Shown here piece after piece: positions 48,850 to 60,977 of a stretch of DNA of 64,000 bases (its first letter is position 1; each line of letters opens with the position of its first letter). Source of the DNA: Mobula birostris (taxonomy: Eukaryota); NCBI RefSeq assembly GCF_030028105.1, contig NC_092376.1, positions 44,564,935-44,628,934 on the forward strand, written 5' to 3'. The notes under the pieces are model-generated. The model saw nothing but the letters and a program-made list of their open reading frames with translations, did no database searches and was not told the origin of the DNA. Made by a program: the position numbers and the translations under genes.

Positions 48850-49530
48850 TCGATTGGAAGATGGAATATGAGGTGTTGTTTCTCCTCCCTGATAGTGGCC
48901 TCATCATGGCAGCAGAGGAGGCCATGGACCAACATCTCAGAATGGGAATGGGAATTGGAATTAATGCAGTTTGGCCACTTGTTGTGGATGGAGTGAAGGT
49001 ATTCGATGAAGCATCCCTCCAAATAATACTAATAAGTATTACATCTTTGTGCTGCATCCAAACGGAAATGTTTAGCATTCTCAAATTATTGAGCCCCAAG
49101 GGCCTTAGGTGGCCAACCAGGATGATGAAGTTTTGCTCCTTGGGCTTACATTAAACTTGAGTGGAACCGAGATACCACGTGCTGTGTCCTGAATGCCGTA
49201 TATAAAATTGGACGATACTGGGGGAATGACTGCTTCACCAGACAGGAGTTTGGGTCAGTGGAAAATGAAGAGGAAAATGAGCACATGTGGCATCTCCTAC
49301 CATTGCATGGAAAAATGTAGTGAGAGGGAAGTGGCTGGTGGAGATGGAGGAGTGAGATGGAGTGATGGAGAAAGTAGTCTATACTGAATACTGAAAAGAG
49401 ATGCAGATTTAATGCTTCAGACAAAGGGTTTCCAATTTGAACCGTTAACTCTGCTTCACTTTCCACAGATGCTGTCCGACCTCCTGAGTATTTCTGATCA
49501 TTTTTATTTAAGATTTTCAACACTGCAGTT
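48850..49530 (-). mobile_element. Degenerate Penelope-like fragments
   Basis: ORF 48777-49022 CFIEYLHSI..HSHSEMLVHGLLCCHDEATIREEKQHLIFHL; FPCNGRRCHMC; repeat remnant at 49415-49530. Confidence 0.7.
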
Positions 49531-49654
49531 ATTTAAATACAGTATAAGTTTGAGAGCCCTGTTAACAAAGTAGCTTAAAGCCTTTTCAAGCATGGTAAAA
49601 GATAAACTAATTGAAGTAACTCATTCATTTATTCGTTGAGACATAGATGAGGAG

Positions 49655-49835
49655 CAGGGAAATTATGTTTGAATTATATTCCACGCTTAGTATTCATGCA
49701 GCTGAGGACTGTGCAATTCCGGTCACCGTTTTACAGGAAAGATGATACTGCACAGATGATAGTCTAAAGGAGTTATTTATGAGGATATTGCCTGAAAAAT
49801 TGCCGCTGTGAGGAAGGATTGGACAAGCTTAGGAT
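49655..49835 (+). mobile_element. Old CR1 C-terminal fragment
   Basis: cagctgaggactgtgcaattccggtcaccgttttacaggaaagatg (VQFxSPxYRKD). Confidence 0.6.
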
Positions 49836-50154
49836 TTAACCAGTGAGAGGACACTGAGTTGGTTTGCCTATCATTCCAGTGAACTTAGAGCACTTTGCAC
49901 CAACACTGTGCTGTTACCTATCCTCCTCAGGATGCTCTGTGTGCATAATAGAAGTCCCCAAGGCAAACAGCAAAACAGAAGCCTGTGGAAATGAAGGGTC
50001 AATGGGGGCATTAGCTGATCACAAAAGAATAGTAACATTGATGTTCTTTGGAAGAATCTATACAGTAAATATCTCTGGGGATTGTGATCAACATGGCACC
50101 AGCGACCAACATGACCAAAAGCGACATCTTGTAGACAGCTCATAAAACCACTTC

Positions 50155-51722
50155 TTAGAACATAGAACGTAGAAAATCTACAGCTCATTACAGGCTCTTC
50201 GGCCCACAATTTTGTGCCGACCATGTAACCTACTGTAGAAACGGCCTAGAATTACCCTAGCGCAAAGCTTTCTATTTTTCTAAGCTCCATGCATCTATCC
50301 AAGAGTCCCTTAAAAGACCCTATTGTATCCACCTCTACCACCCTTGCTGTCAGTGCATTCCATACATCCACCACTTTCTGTGTGAAAAACTTACCTCTGA
50401 CATCCCCCTTGTACCTATTTCCAAGCACCTTGAAACTATGCCCCCTCGTTGTTAGCCATTTCAGCCCTGGGAAAAAGCCTCTGGCTATCCACACGATCAA
50501 TGCCCCTCGTCATCTTATACACCTCTATCAGGTCACCTATCATTCTCCGTTGCTTCAAGGGGAAAAGGCCAAGTTCACTCAATCTATTCTCATAAGGCAT
50601 GCTCCCCAACCCAGGCAACATCCTTGTAAATCTCCTCTGCACTTTTTCTATAGTTTCCACATCCTTCCTGTAGTGAGGTGACCAGAACTGAACACAGTAC
50701 TCCAAGCGGGGTCTAACTAAGGTCTTATATAGCTGTAACATTACCTCACGGCCCTTGAACTCAATCCCATGGTTGATAAAGGCCAACACACCATATGCCT
50801 TCTTAACAACACTGTCAACTTGCGCATTAGTTTTGGGCCCCAAGTTCTTGCTGATCCTTCACACTGCCATGAGTCTTGCCATTAATATTTTCTACTGTCT
50901 TCAAATTTGACCTACTGAAATGAACTACTTCACACTTATCTGTGTTGAACTCCATCTGCCACTTCTCAACCTAGTTCTGCATCCTATCGATGTCCCACTG
51001 TAATCTCTGACTATCCATAGGACCCCCAACTTTTGTATCGTCAGCAAAATTACTAGCCCACTCTTCTACTTCCTTAACCAGGTCATATATAAAAATCACA
51101 AAGAGGAGGGGTCCCTGAACAGATCCCTGCAGAACACCACTGGTCACTGACTTCCATGCAGAATATGAACCATCCATAACCATCCTTTGCCTTCTGTGGT
51201 CAAGCCAATTCTGGATCCACAAAACAAGGTCTCCTTGGATCCCATGCTCCATTACTTTCTGAATGAGCCTTGCATGGGGAAGCTTATCAAATGCCTTACT
51301 GAAATCCATATACACTACATCCACTGCTCTATCTTCATCAATGTGTTTTGTTACATCCTCAAACATTTCAATCAGGTTTGTAAGGCATGACCTGCCCTTG
51401 ATAAATCCATGCTGACTATCCTGAATCAGATTATGTCTCTCCAAATGCTCATTAGTCCTACCTCTCAGGATCTTCTCCAACAACTTGCCCACCACTGAAG
51501 TAAGACTCACTGGTCTATAATTTCCTAGGTTATCTCCACAGCATTCCAATCGTTTGCAATATTCCAATCTTCTGGTACTTCTCCCGTCCCTATTGATGAT
51601 GCAAAGATCATCACCAGAGGCTTAGCAATTTCCTCCCTACAGTAGTCTGGGGTATATCTTGTCCAGTCTTTGTGACTTATCTAACATATTACCTTTCAAA
51701 AGTTCCAGCACATTCTCTTTCA
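50155..51722 (-). mobile_element. CR1 LINE, 5'-truncated RT plus 3' end
   Basis: [31 protein letters not shown]; LVRPRLEYCVQFWSP; (tagaac)n tail at 50156-50175. Confidence 0.95.
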
Positions 51723-51884
51723 GAATGTGTATTAATGACATCTTCTTTTAAATACACTTGCTCCCCTGAACTTTGATCTATTGCAACTTGTAATTTCCAT
51801 TTTTGGGCCAACTGGGAGATATGGAACTTTTGCTTTTTCCTGGGGAATTAGGCGAGGTTGAGAACAGAGTGTGTGACCATCATT

Positions 51885-52550
51885 TCTAAAAGGTGGAATG
51901 GGAGCCCGTGAAATGCTCCATTACCCCTCATCGATTGAAGTATCGAGCAAGATTGAAACCGATGAGGTGTGTGCAGAAGGCAAGCAGGTGTTCAGCGCTA
52001 TTTGCCTGCGTTTGCTCGGTCTACTTCTCACTACTGCAAAGAGCAGGAGTCTTGGGCCCCACTCTGCAAGGTTCGATCATGACGTGTGGCTGAGAGACTC
52101 CTTTTTTGACGAATTCTGCAGTTTGTTGATGAATATCCTCAGTGCTGATCGCGCTCCACGGGTATGGAGGACTCTACAGTTCACATTCCATGTGTTTCCA
52201 GTTACTCTGTTTTGCTATTTGTGCGATTTGATCGAGGTGCTTCGGCTCGGAGCTGTCCCTGTGGCTGTGGCCTGCATTCATCGACACAGAGCTAAACTGA
52301 ACTGACTCCATGGCTGTCACTCCCGGATCATTTTGGGAACTCTGTGGTTTGCTGTTTAATATTCTGTGTGTTATTTGCTTGCTTTTTGCTGTTTGCATCA
52401 TTTGTTCTTTTTTTTTGCACATCGGGTGTTTGATGTTTTTTTTAAATGGGTTCCAGGGTGTTTCTTTGTTGGTGGTGCCTGTGGGAAGACGAATCTTGGG
52501 GTTGTACTGTGTACATACTTTGATAATAAGTGTACTTTGAAAATTTGAGT
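51885..52550 (+). repeat. Non-autonomous repeat ending in a Rex1/Babar-type tail
   Basis: CpG-richer 5' part; tail gaagacgaatcttggggttgta..tactttgataataagtgtactttgaa as at 2430-2490. Confidence 0.55.
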
Positions 52551-53234
52551 GAACTTTAGCCCACCTGGACCTGATTATATGGGGAAGAGTTTCAAAAGTT
52601 CCTAGATAATATAAATGATAAATACTGACGAGACAAATACAAACCTCCAGAAGTCATAGAATCCAGCATGGACCTAATGGATTACATAAGAGAAACTGCA
52701 GCTTCATGGTTCATAGCAGGAGAATTCCAATTATGCTTACTGCATTCTAATCAGATCAGATCAAAATAGAAGCTAGATAGTTCAGCTCAAGCTGTAAGGG
52801 AAATGTTGAACCTTCATTGTGAGAAGGCTATGTTTTCCTGAAAATTCTCAGTGGAATAAGCACAATAGAAATGAAGGGGAGGGTTGGCAAGGCCAGCGGA
52901 GAGAGCAAAACAGATGAGAGAAAATCTGGATGTTGTTGAGTCGGGACTGAACAGGCAGTAGTAGAGGAGGATGAAGCAGAGGAAGTGTAGGCAAACAAAG
53001 AGGTTAGGGTGGAGGATCAGATACTGTTCAAATCACCTTTGAACCAATGGCTTTAACCTTATTTTAGTCACACATTCATATTAAATAGGTAGCCTGTTTA
53101 AAATTAATATTCCATTGCTTCAGAATTTTAAACATCTCAGTGAGGTTACCCCTCACTTTCTCCTGTGCTATCAAATTTACGGTGCTGTGGATACATATCT
53201 CTGGCCAAATCTTTCCACCAAGCTATTTGCAGAT

Positions 53235-53945
53235 GGAATATGTCTTATTCCACACATTTTCAGGAATGATTGAAACTGTACTGCAACAACTGTGGTCCAC
53301 TGTTACTGGCCAAGAGTTCTGGAACACCAGTCCTTGAGATGAGGTTTCTCATCACATCAACAGTGTGTGAGGCTGTTGGGAACTCTTCTGGCCACCTTGT
53401 AGCTGCATCCATTACTACCAAGAAATTTGTGCCCATGAATGGTCTGGCAAAATCCACATGAATCCTCTGCCAGGGCAATGCAAGCCATTCTCAGGGATGG
53501 AGAGGCGCTGCTCTTGGCATCTTCTGTACGACGTGTTAGTGTCCAAAGCAATGCATGGCAAGCTGCTTGATCTGCAGATCTACCCCAGGCCACCGGACAA
53601 AGCTTCAAGCCAACACTTTCATTTTAACCATGCCTAGAAGACTGGCATGTTGCTCCTCCAACACTTTAGCACTCAGCTTGAATGGTACAATAACTCTCAA
53701 TCCCTACATAAGGCAACCTCCATCAAGCACAAGTGCATTCCGGAGAGGTAAAGATGGGGGAGCTGGGATTTCTGCTGCACAATCCAATCATTCTGGGTGG
53801 CTCTGTAGACCTGAGACAGTATGGCTTCCCTTTGAATCATCGCTGCATAATAGAGAGATATTCAACTTGCACCAGCTGTGACCTCCAGAAAGCCAACTCA
53901 TATGCGAATTGGCATTTCTGGACCAAACCTGAATCACTGAAGGAT
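53235..53945 (-). mobile_element. Gypsy LTR retrotransposon integrase fragment
   Basis: PWQRIHVDFARPFMGTNFLVVMDAATRWPE..GVPELLASNSGPQ; upstream HxxxxG/WPG zinc-finger region. Confidence 0.85.
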
Positions 53946-53989
53946 GCTTGACAGCTGTGGCAGGACTTGAATGCTATCACCTCCAAGAA

Positions 53990-55255
53990 AGCAAAGCCAA
54001 ACAACATATGTGCCAACAAGGCTTCAGTTCCAGAAGCCTTTAATGATTGCTTTGACTGCCTGAAAATGGAGATGATCTCCCACAGTCTCCAGTGCTCCTG
54101 TGATTTCAGTCTCTGAAACTGAAGTGAGAGCATCCATTAGGAGGATGAATCCATCCGTTCCAGACTTTGTACATGGCCAAGACACTGAAGATCTCTAATG
54201 ATTAACTGGCTGCAGTGTTTACTGACACCTTTACCCTTTTGCTTCAGCAGTTTGAGGTACCCACCTGCTTCAAGCAGGCCTCAATCATACTGGTGCCCAA
54301 GATGATCATGGTAACCTACCCCAACGACGATTTTCCAGGAGCACTTACATCCACTGCGATCAAGTGCTTTAAGAGGCTGGTCATGAAACATATCAGCTCC
54401 TGCCTGAGGAGTGACTTGGATCCACTCCAATTTGCTTACCGTCACAACAGGTCTAAACAGATGCCATTTCATTGGCCTTCATTCAGCCCTGGAATATCTG
54501 GACAACGAAGGTGCATACATTAGGTTGCCCTTCATTGACTACAGCTCTGCATTTAACACTATCATCCCCTCAAATCTCATCAATATGCTCCAAGACCTAG
54601 GCCCCGATAGCTCCTTGTGCAACTGGATCTTCGATTGCTCACTTGCAGACTCCTGTCAGTTCAGATTGGCAGCAACATCTCCTGCACAATCTCCATCAGC
54701 ACAGGTGATGATGCACTTGTATAGATGCATAGCAGAGAGTATCCTGACTGGGTGCACCGTGGAAAAGTGTACAAAAAGTAGTGAATCCTTCATGAGTAAA
54801 GCTCTTCCCACCACTGAGCACACCCACAAGGAGCCCTTCCTCAAGAAAGCAGCATCCATCTTCAAAGACTCTCACCATCCAGGCCATGTTTTCTTCACGT
54901 CGCTGCTATCAGGAAGGAGGGACAAGAGCCTTTGGTACCACATCATCAGGTTTAGGAACAGCTACCCTCCAAATGTTGTAGATAACTTCACTCACCTCAA
55001 CTCTGAACTAATTCCACACCCTATGGATTCACGTTCAATGACTCTACAGTTCATGGTCTCAGTATCAATTAGTTTATTTTTATTTTGTATTTGCACAGAT
55101 TGTCTTCTTTTGCACATTGATTGTAGGTCCGTCTTTGTGTGCAGTTTTTCATCAATTCTATTGTATTTCTTTGTATCTACTGAGAATGCCTGCAAGAAAA
55201 TGAATCTCAGGGAAGTATATACCAACAAATACATTAATAAATTTATATTGAACTA
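53990..55255 (+). mobile_element. Rex1/Babar-like LINE RT fragment plus 3' tail
   Basis: [35 protein letters not shown]; [13 protein letters not shown]; IESILT-like; HPGH..LLSGRR..RFRNSY. Confidence 0.9.
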
Positions 55256-55839
55256 TGAAAATCCCACACCTTGCACGTATATGAAAGTATCTGTTCTGAA
55301 AAATAAAGAACTGTGATTTTCTTTGCCTGCAATTTTCTGTGAAATGCTTTTAAGTGTTAGATGATGTACACCATAAAGTAAAACTTCTCCAGGCACTGAG
55401 GATCTGTAAACCTCAAGGCCATTACCTGAGCAAATTCCTTTTCTTCTTCTCTTCAGCTGCAAAATACTCTAGCGCTCTTCTTGGCAGTCACAGTCTTGTG
55501 CAGAAGAAAATCTGAATATCACAAGCTTACAGAACCGTTGGTGGCTCAGACCATGTGCTTATCTGTTTTATTGGTGACCTGTTTAACTGGATTCAATGCT
55601 TCTGAGCTGAGAAATTATGCAGTGAAAGATGAGCACATTACCTGTGCCTGGCTGCTGCTGTACGAGAAGGAAGGGTTTGATCAATTAGAATTGTAAGCAG
55701 CACCTGAGTCCTTAAAGAGGCAATGACATCTGATTTAGGCCATTCAAAACTTTGTACACATCAATTAGTTCAAACCCTAATTGCCCCTGTTTCAAAGAAG
55801 ACTATCCCAGCCTATCCAGTATGTTTCAATAGGTTTCAA

Positions 55840-58105
55840 CAGGTACACCTCTCAATGGGTGAGCATCTGGGGGACAGTAACCACCACTCCCTGGCCTTTA
55901 GCATTATCATGGAAAAGGATAGAATCAGAGAGGACAGGAAAATTTTTAATTGGGGAAGGTCAAGTTATGAGGCTATAAGGCTAGAACTTGCGGGTGTGAA
56001 TTGGGATAAAGTTTTTGCAGGGAAATGTACTATGGACATGTGGTCGATGTTTACGGATCTCTTGCAGGATGTTAGGGATAAATTTGTCCTGGTGAGGAAG
56101 ATAAAGAATGGTAGGACGAAGGAACCATGGGTGACAAGTGAGATGGAGAATCTAGTCAGGTGGAAGAAGGCAGCATAGATGAGGTTTAGGAAGCAAAGAT
56201 CAGATGGGTCTATTGAGGAATATAGGGTAGCAAGAAAGGAGCTTAAGAAGGGGCTGAGGAGAACAAGAAGGGGGCATGAGAAGGCCTTGGTGAGTAGGGT
56301 AAAGGAAAACCCCAAGGCATTCTTCAATTATGTGAAGAACAAAAGGATGACAGGAGTGAAGATAGGACCGATTAGAGATAAAGATGAGAAGATGAGCCTG
56401 GAGGCTGTGGAAGTGCGCAAGGTCCTCAATGAATGCTTCTCTTCAGTATTCACCAATGAAAGGGAACTTGATGACGGTGAGGAGAATATGAGTGAGGTTG
56501 ATGTTCTGGAGCATGTTGATATTAAGGGAGAGAAGGTGTTGGAGTTCTTAAAATACAATAGGACGGCTAGGTCCCCGGGGCCTGACAGAATATTCCCAGG
56601 CTGCTTCACGAGGCGAGGGAAGAGATTGCTGAGCTTCTGACTAGGATCCTTATGTCCTCGTTGTCCACGGGAATGGTACCGGAGGATTGGAGGGAGGCGA
56701 GTGTTGTCCCTTTGTTCAAAAAAGGTAGTAGGGATAGTCTGGGTAATTATAGACCAGTAAGCCTTACGTCTGTGGTGGGAAAGCTGTTGGAAAAGATTAT
56801 TAGAGGTAGGATCTATGGGCATTTAGAGAATCATGGTCTGATCAAGGACAGTCAGCAGGGCTTTATGAAGGGCAGGTCATGTCAAACAAGCCTGATAGAG
56901 TTCTTTGCGGAGGTGACCATGCATATAGATGAGGGTAGTGCAGTGGATGTGATCTACATGGATTTTAGTAAGGCATTTGACAAGGTTCCACACGGTAGGC
57001 TTATTCAGAAAGTTAGAAGGTATGGGATCCAGGGAAGTTTGGCCAGGTGGATTCAGAATTGGCTTACCTGCAGAAAGCAGAGGGTCATGGTGGAGGGAGT
57101 ACATTTGGATTGGAGAGTTGTGACTAGTGGTGTCCCACAAGGATTGGTTCTGGGACCTCTACTTTTCCTGATTTTTATTAATGACCTGGATGTGGGGGTA
57201 GAAGGGTGGGTTAGCAAGTTTGCAGATGACACAAAATTGGTGGTGTTATGGATAGTGTAGAGGATTGTTGAAGATTCCAGAGAGGCATTGATAAGATGCA
57301 GAACTGGGCTGAGAAGTGGCAGATGGAGTTCAACCTGGAGAAGTGTGAGGTGTTACACTTTGGAAGGGCAAACTCCAAGGCAGAGTACAAAGTAAGTGGC
57401 AGGATACTTGGAAGTGTGGAGGAACAGAGGGATCTGGGGGTACATGTCCACAGATTCCTGAAAGTTGCCTCACAGGTAGATAGGGTAGTTAAAAGAGCTT
57501 ATGGAGTGTTAGCTTTCATGTCGAGAGATAGAGTTTAAGAGTCGCGGGGTAATGATGCAGCTCTATAAAACTCTGGTTAGGCCACACTTGGAGTACTGTG
57601 TCCAGTTCTGGTCGCCTCACTATAGGAAGGATGTGGAAGCATTGGAAAGGGTACAGAGGAGATTTACCAGGATGCTGCCTGGTTTAGAGAGTATGCATTA
57701 TGATCAGAGATTAAGGGAACTAGGGCTTTACTCTTTGGAGAGAAGGTGGATGAGAGGAGACATGATAGAGGTGTTCAAGATATTAAGAGGAATAGATAGA
57801 GTGGATAGCCAGCGCTTTTTCCCCAGGGCACCACTGCTCAATACAAGAGGACATGGCTTTAAGGTAAGGGGTGGGAAGTTCAAGGGGGATATTAGAGGAA
57901 GGTTTTTTACTCAGAGAGTGGTTGATGCGTGGAATGCACTGCCTGAGTCAGTGGTGGAGGCAGATACACTAGTGAAACTTAAGAGACTACTAGACAGGTA
58001 TATGGAGGAATTTAAGGTAGGGGGTTATATGGGAGGCAGGGTTTAAGGGTCAGCAGAACATTGTGGGCCAAAGGGCCTGTACAGTGCTGTACTATTCTAT
58101 GTTCA
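55840..58105 (+). mobile_element. CR1 LINE, near-complete ORF2 with frameshifts
   Basis: Collinear ORFs 55723-58046: [60 protein letters not shown]; tattctatgttc tail. Confidence 0.95.
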
Positions 58106-58244
58106 AGTTGCTGACTGGACAACAACTCGACAGCTTAGACAATGGAGTAACGACAGCCAACCTGACTGCCATCTTTGAGGTTCCACCACAGCAGCCAGGT
58201 AGATCAGGTTTACCCGGGTTCCCAAAGGAATAATGCTACAAAAT

Positions 58245-59985
58245 CCTTCTATCCCTCTTATACACCTCTATCAGGTCACCTCTCATCCTCTGTCGGTCCA
58301 AGGAGAAAAGGCTGAGTTCACTCAACCTGTTTTCATAAGGCATGCTCCCCAATCCAGACAACATCCTTGTAAATCTCCTCTGCACCCTTTCTCTGGCTTC
58401 CACATCCTTCCTGTAGTGAGGTGACCAGGACTGAGCACAGTACTCCAAGTGGGGTCTGACTAGGGTCCTATATAGCTGCAACATTACCTCTCGGCTCCTA
58501 AATTCAGTTCCACGATTGATGAAGGCCAATACACCGTATGCCTTCTTAACCACAGAGTCAATCTGCACAGCTGTTTTGAGTGTCCTATGGACTCGGAACC
58601 CAAGATCCCTCTGATCCTCCACACTGCCAAGAGTCTTACCATTAATACTATAGTCTGCCATCATATTTGACCTATCAAAATGAACCACTCACACTTACCT
58701 GGGTTGAACTCCATCTGCCACTTCTCAGCCCAGTCTTGCATCCTATCGATGTCCCACTGTAACCTCTGACAGTCCTCCATACTCTTCACAACACCCCTAA
58801 CCTTTGTGTCATCAGCAAACTTTCTAACCCATCCCTTCACTTCCTCATCCAGGTCATTTACAAAAATCACAAAGAGTAAAGGTTCCAGAACAGATCCCTG
58901 AGGCACACCACTGGTCACCGACCTCCGTGCAGAATATGACCCATCTACAACCACTCTTTGCCTTCTGTGGGCAAGCCAGTTCTGGATCCACAAAGCAATA
59001 TACCCTTGGATCCCATGCCTCCCTACTTTCTCAATAAGCCTTGCATGGGGTACCTTATCAAATGCCTTGCTGAAATCCATGTACACTACATCTACTGCTC
59101 TTCCTTCATCAATGTGTTTAGTCACATCCTGAAAAAATTCAATCAGGCTCATAAGGCATGACTTGCCCTTGACAAAGCCATGCTGACTGTTCCTAATCAT
59201 ATTATACCTCTCCAAATGTTCATAAATACTGCCTCTCAGGATTTTCTCCATCAACTTACCAACCACTGAAGTAAGACTCACTGGTCTATAATTTCCTGGG
59301 CTATCTCTACTCCCTTTCTTGAATAAGGGAACAACATCCACAACCCTCCAATCCTCCGGAACCTCTCCCGTCCCCATTGACGATGCAAAGATCATCGCCA
59401 GAGACTCAGCAATCTCCTCCTTCATCTCCCACAGTAGCCTGGGGTACATCTTATCCGGTCCTGGTGACTTATCCAACTTGATGCTTTCCAAAAGCTCCAG
59501 CACATCTTCTTTCTTAATATCTACATGCTCCAACTTTTCAGTCCGCTGCAAGTCATCAGTACAATCTCCAAGATCCTTTTCCATAGTGAATACTGAAGTA
59601 AAATATTCATTAAGTACCTCTGCTATTTCCTCCGGTTTCATACTCATTTTCCCACTGTCACACTTGATAGGTCCTATTCTTTCACATCTTATCCTCTTGC
59701 TCTTTACATACTTATAGAATGCTTTGGGATTTTCTTTAATCCTGCCCGCCAAGGTCTTCTCATGGCCCCTTCTGGCTCTCCTAATTTCCTTCTTAAGGTC
59801 CTTCCTGTTAGTCTTATAATCTTCTAGATCTCTAACATTACCTGGCTCTCTGAACCTTTCGTAAGCTCTTTACTTCTTGTAGATTTACAACAGCCTTTGT
59901 ACAGCATGGTACCTGTACCCTACCATAACTTCCCTGTCTCATTGGAATGTACCAATGCAGAACTCCACACTGATATCCCCTGAAC
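58245..59985 (-). mobile_element. CR1 LINE ORF2 (RT)
   Basis: 363-aa ORF 58661-59752 with full RT motifs; C-terminal ORF 58236-58688. Confidence 0.95.
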
Positions 59986-60977
59986 AACAGTAGGGAATTG
60001 TTGACTTCTATTAGAGAAAAGTGAATTCCTGCCTCTGTAGAACTGCAGAGAGATAGCAGGAGATGAGCATATAGTAGAGAGATAAAGAGTTGGTACCAGG
60101 CAGTGAAAGATTATAACCGACTCAAATGATCCAAGCCACAAACTGTAGGTTACATTGAACCATTGTGACCTTATGAAGCCAACCAACGGCTTCATAAAAA
60201 TTCAGGATACAAGTTTGTCATTGTACATATTGGGTAAAAGAAGAACTACACACAGCTAATATGCACATTGGTACGTGAGATCGACTCAGCAAAAGGTTTA
60301 CCTCACTCTATGTATACACAATGCATGAAGGGTAGAGATATAGAGGAAAAACTAGTTATGAAATAATATAAGAATGATGAAAACATTGGACTGGAGAACA
60401 TTCATTTGAGAATAAGTAACTCTCCTATTGAATCATATTTCAATAAAGAGAAAGATTGCTCTGAAAGTGAACCCTGTGAATACTTTCCGTCTACAATAGC
60501 GTTCATCATTCTAGCTGATGCCTTGTCTTAACATTGCATTGTGGAACACAAGTTGAGCCCAAAATGAGCTGTCCCCAGTCCTCAGTCAGCACAGCTGAAC
60601 TATACTCATACATAAATTATATATTTTTAAATTACCATGCTTTTGGAATTTTGTTGCCAATTAGTTTTTGTATTGATTGTAGTGACAATCCTGAGTTATT
60701 TCAGTTTGTTACAGGATGTTGTGTACAATGTGCTGTTGAACTAGATTTCAAGTTTCTCCATAAACCAATTGCTTCCATCTGTATAAGCATAAGTAAATAT
60801 TTTCCAGTAGAGTGCAGTAGAGCTGGAAAACTAGCAAAGGCAACCAGAGCAGAATAACTGGTTGGTGGAGGTGGGCCAAGTGACCTTGTTGTAGGAATCC
60901 CAAATCAAGCATGGTCTTTAGGGAACAACTTTTCTACCTGATATGTAGCAAAGAACAGTGTGAAGTGATTATGTTTC

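Noticed and set aside
54411-55316. 301-aa ORF as a novel gene
   Set aside because: It is a chance read-through of a deleted Rex1/Babar RT into its 3' tail.
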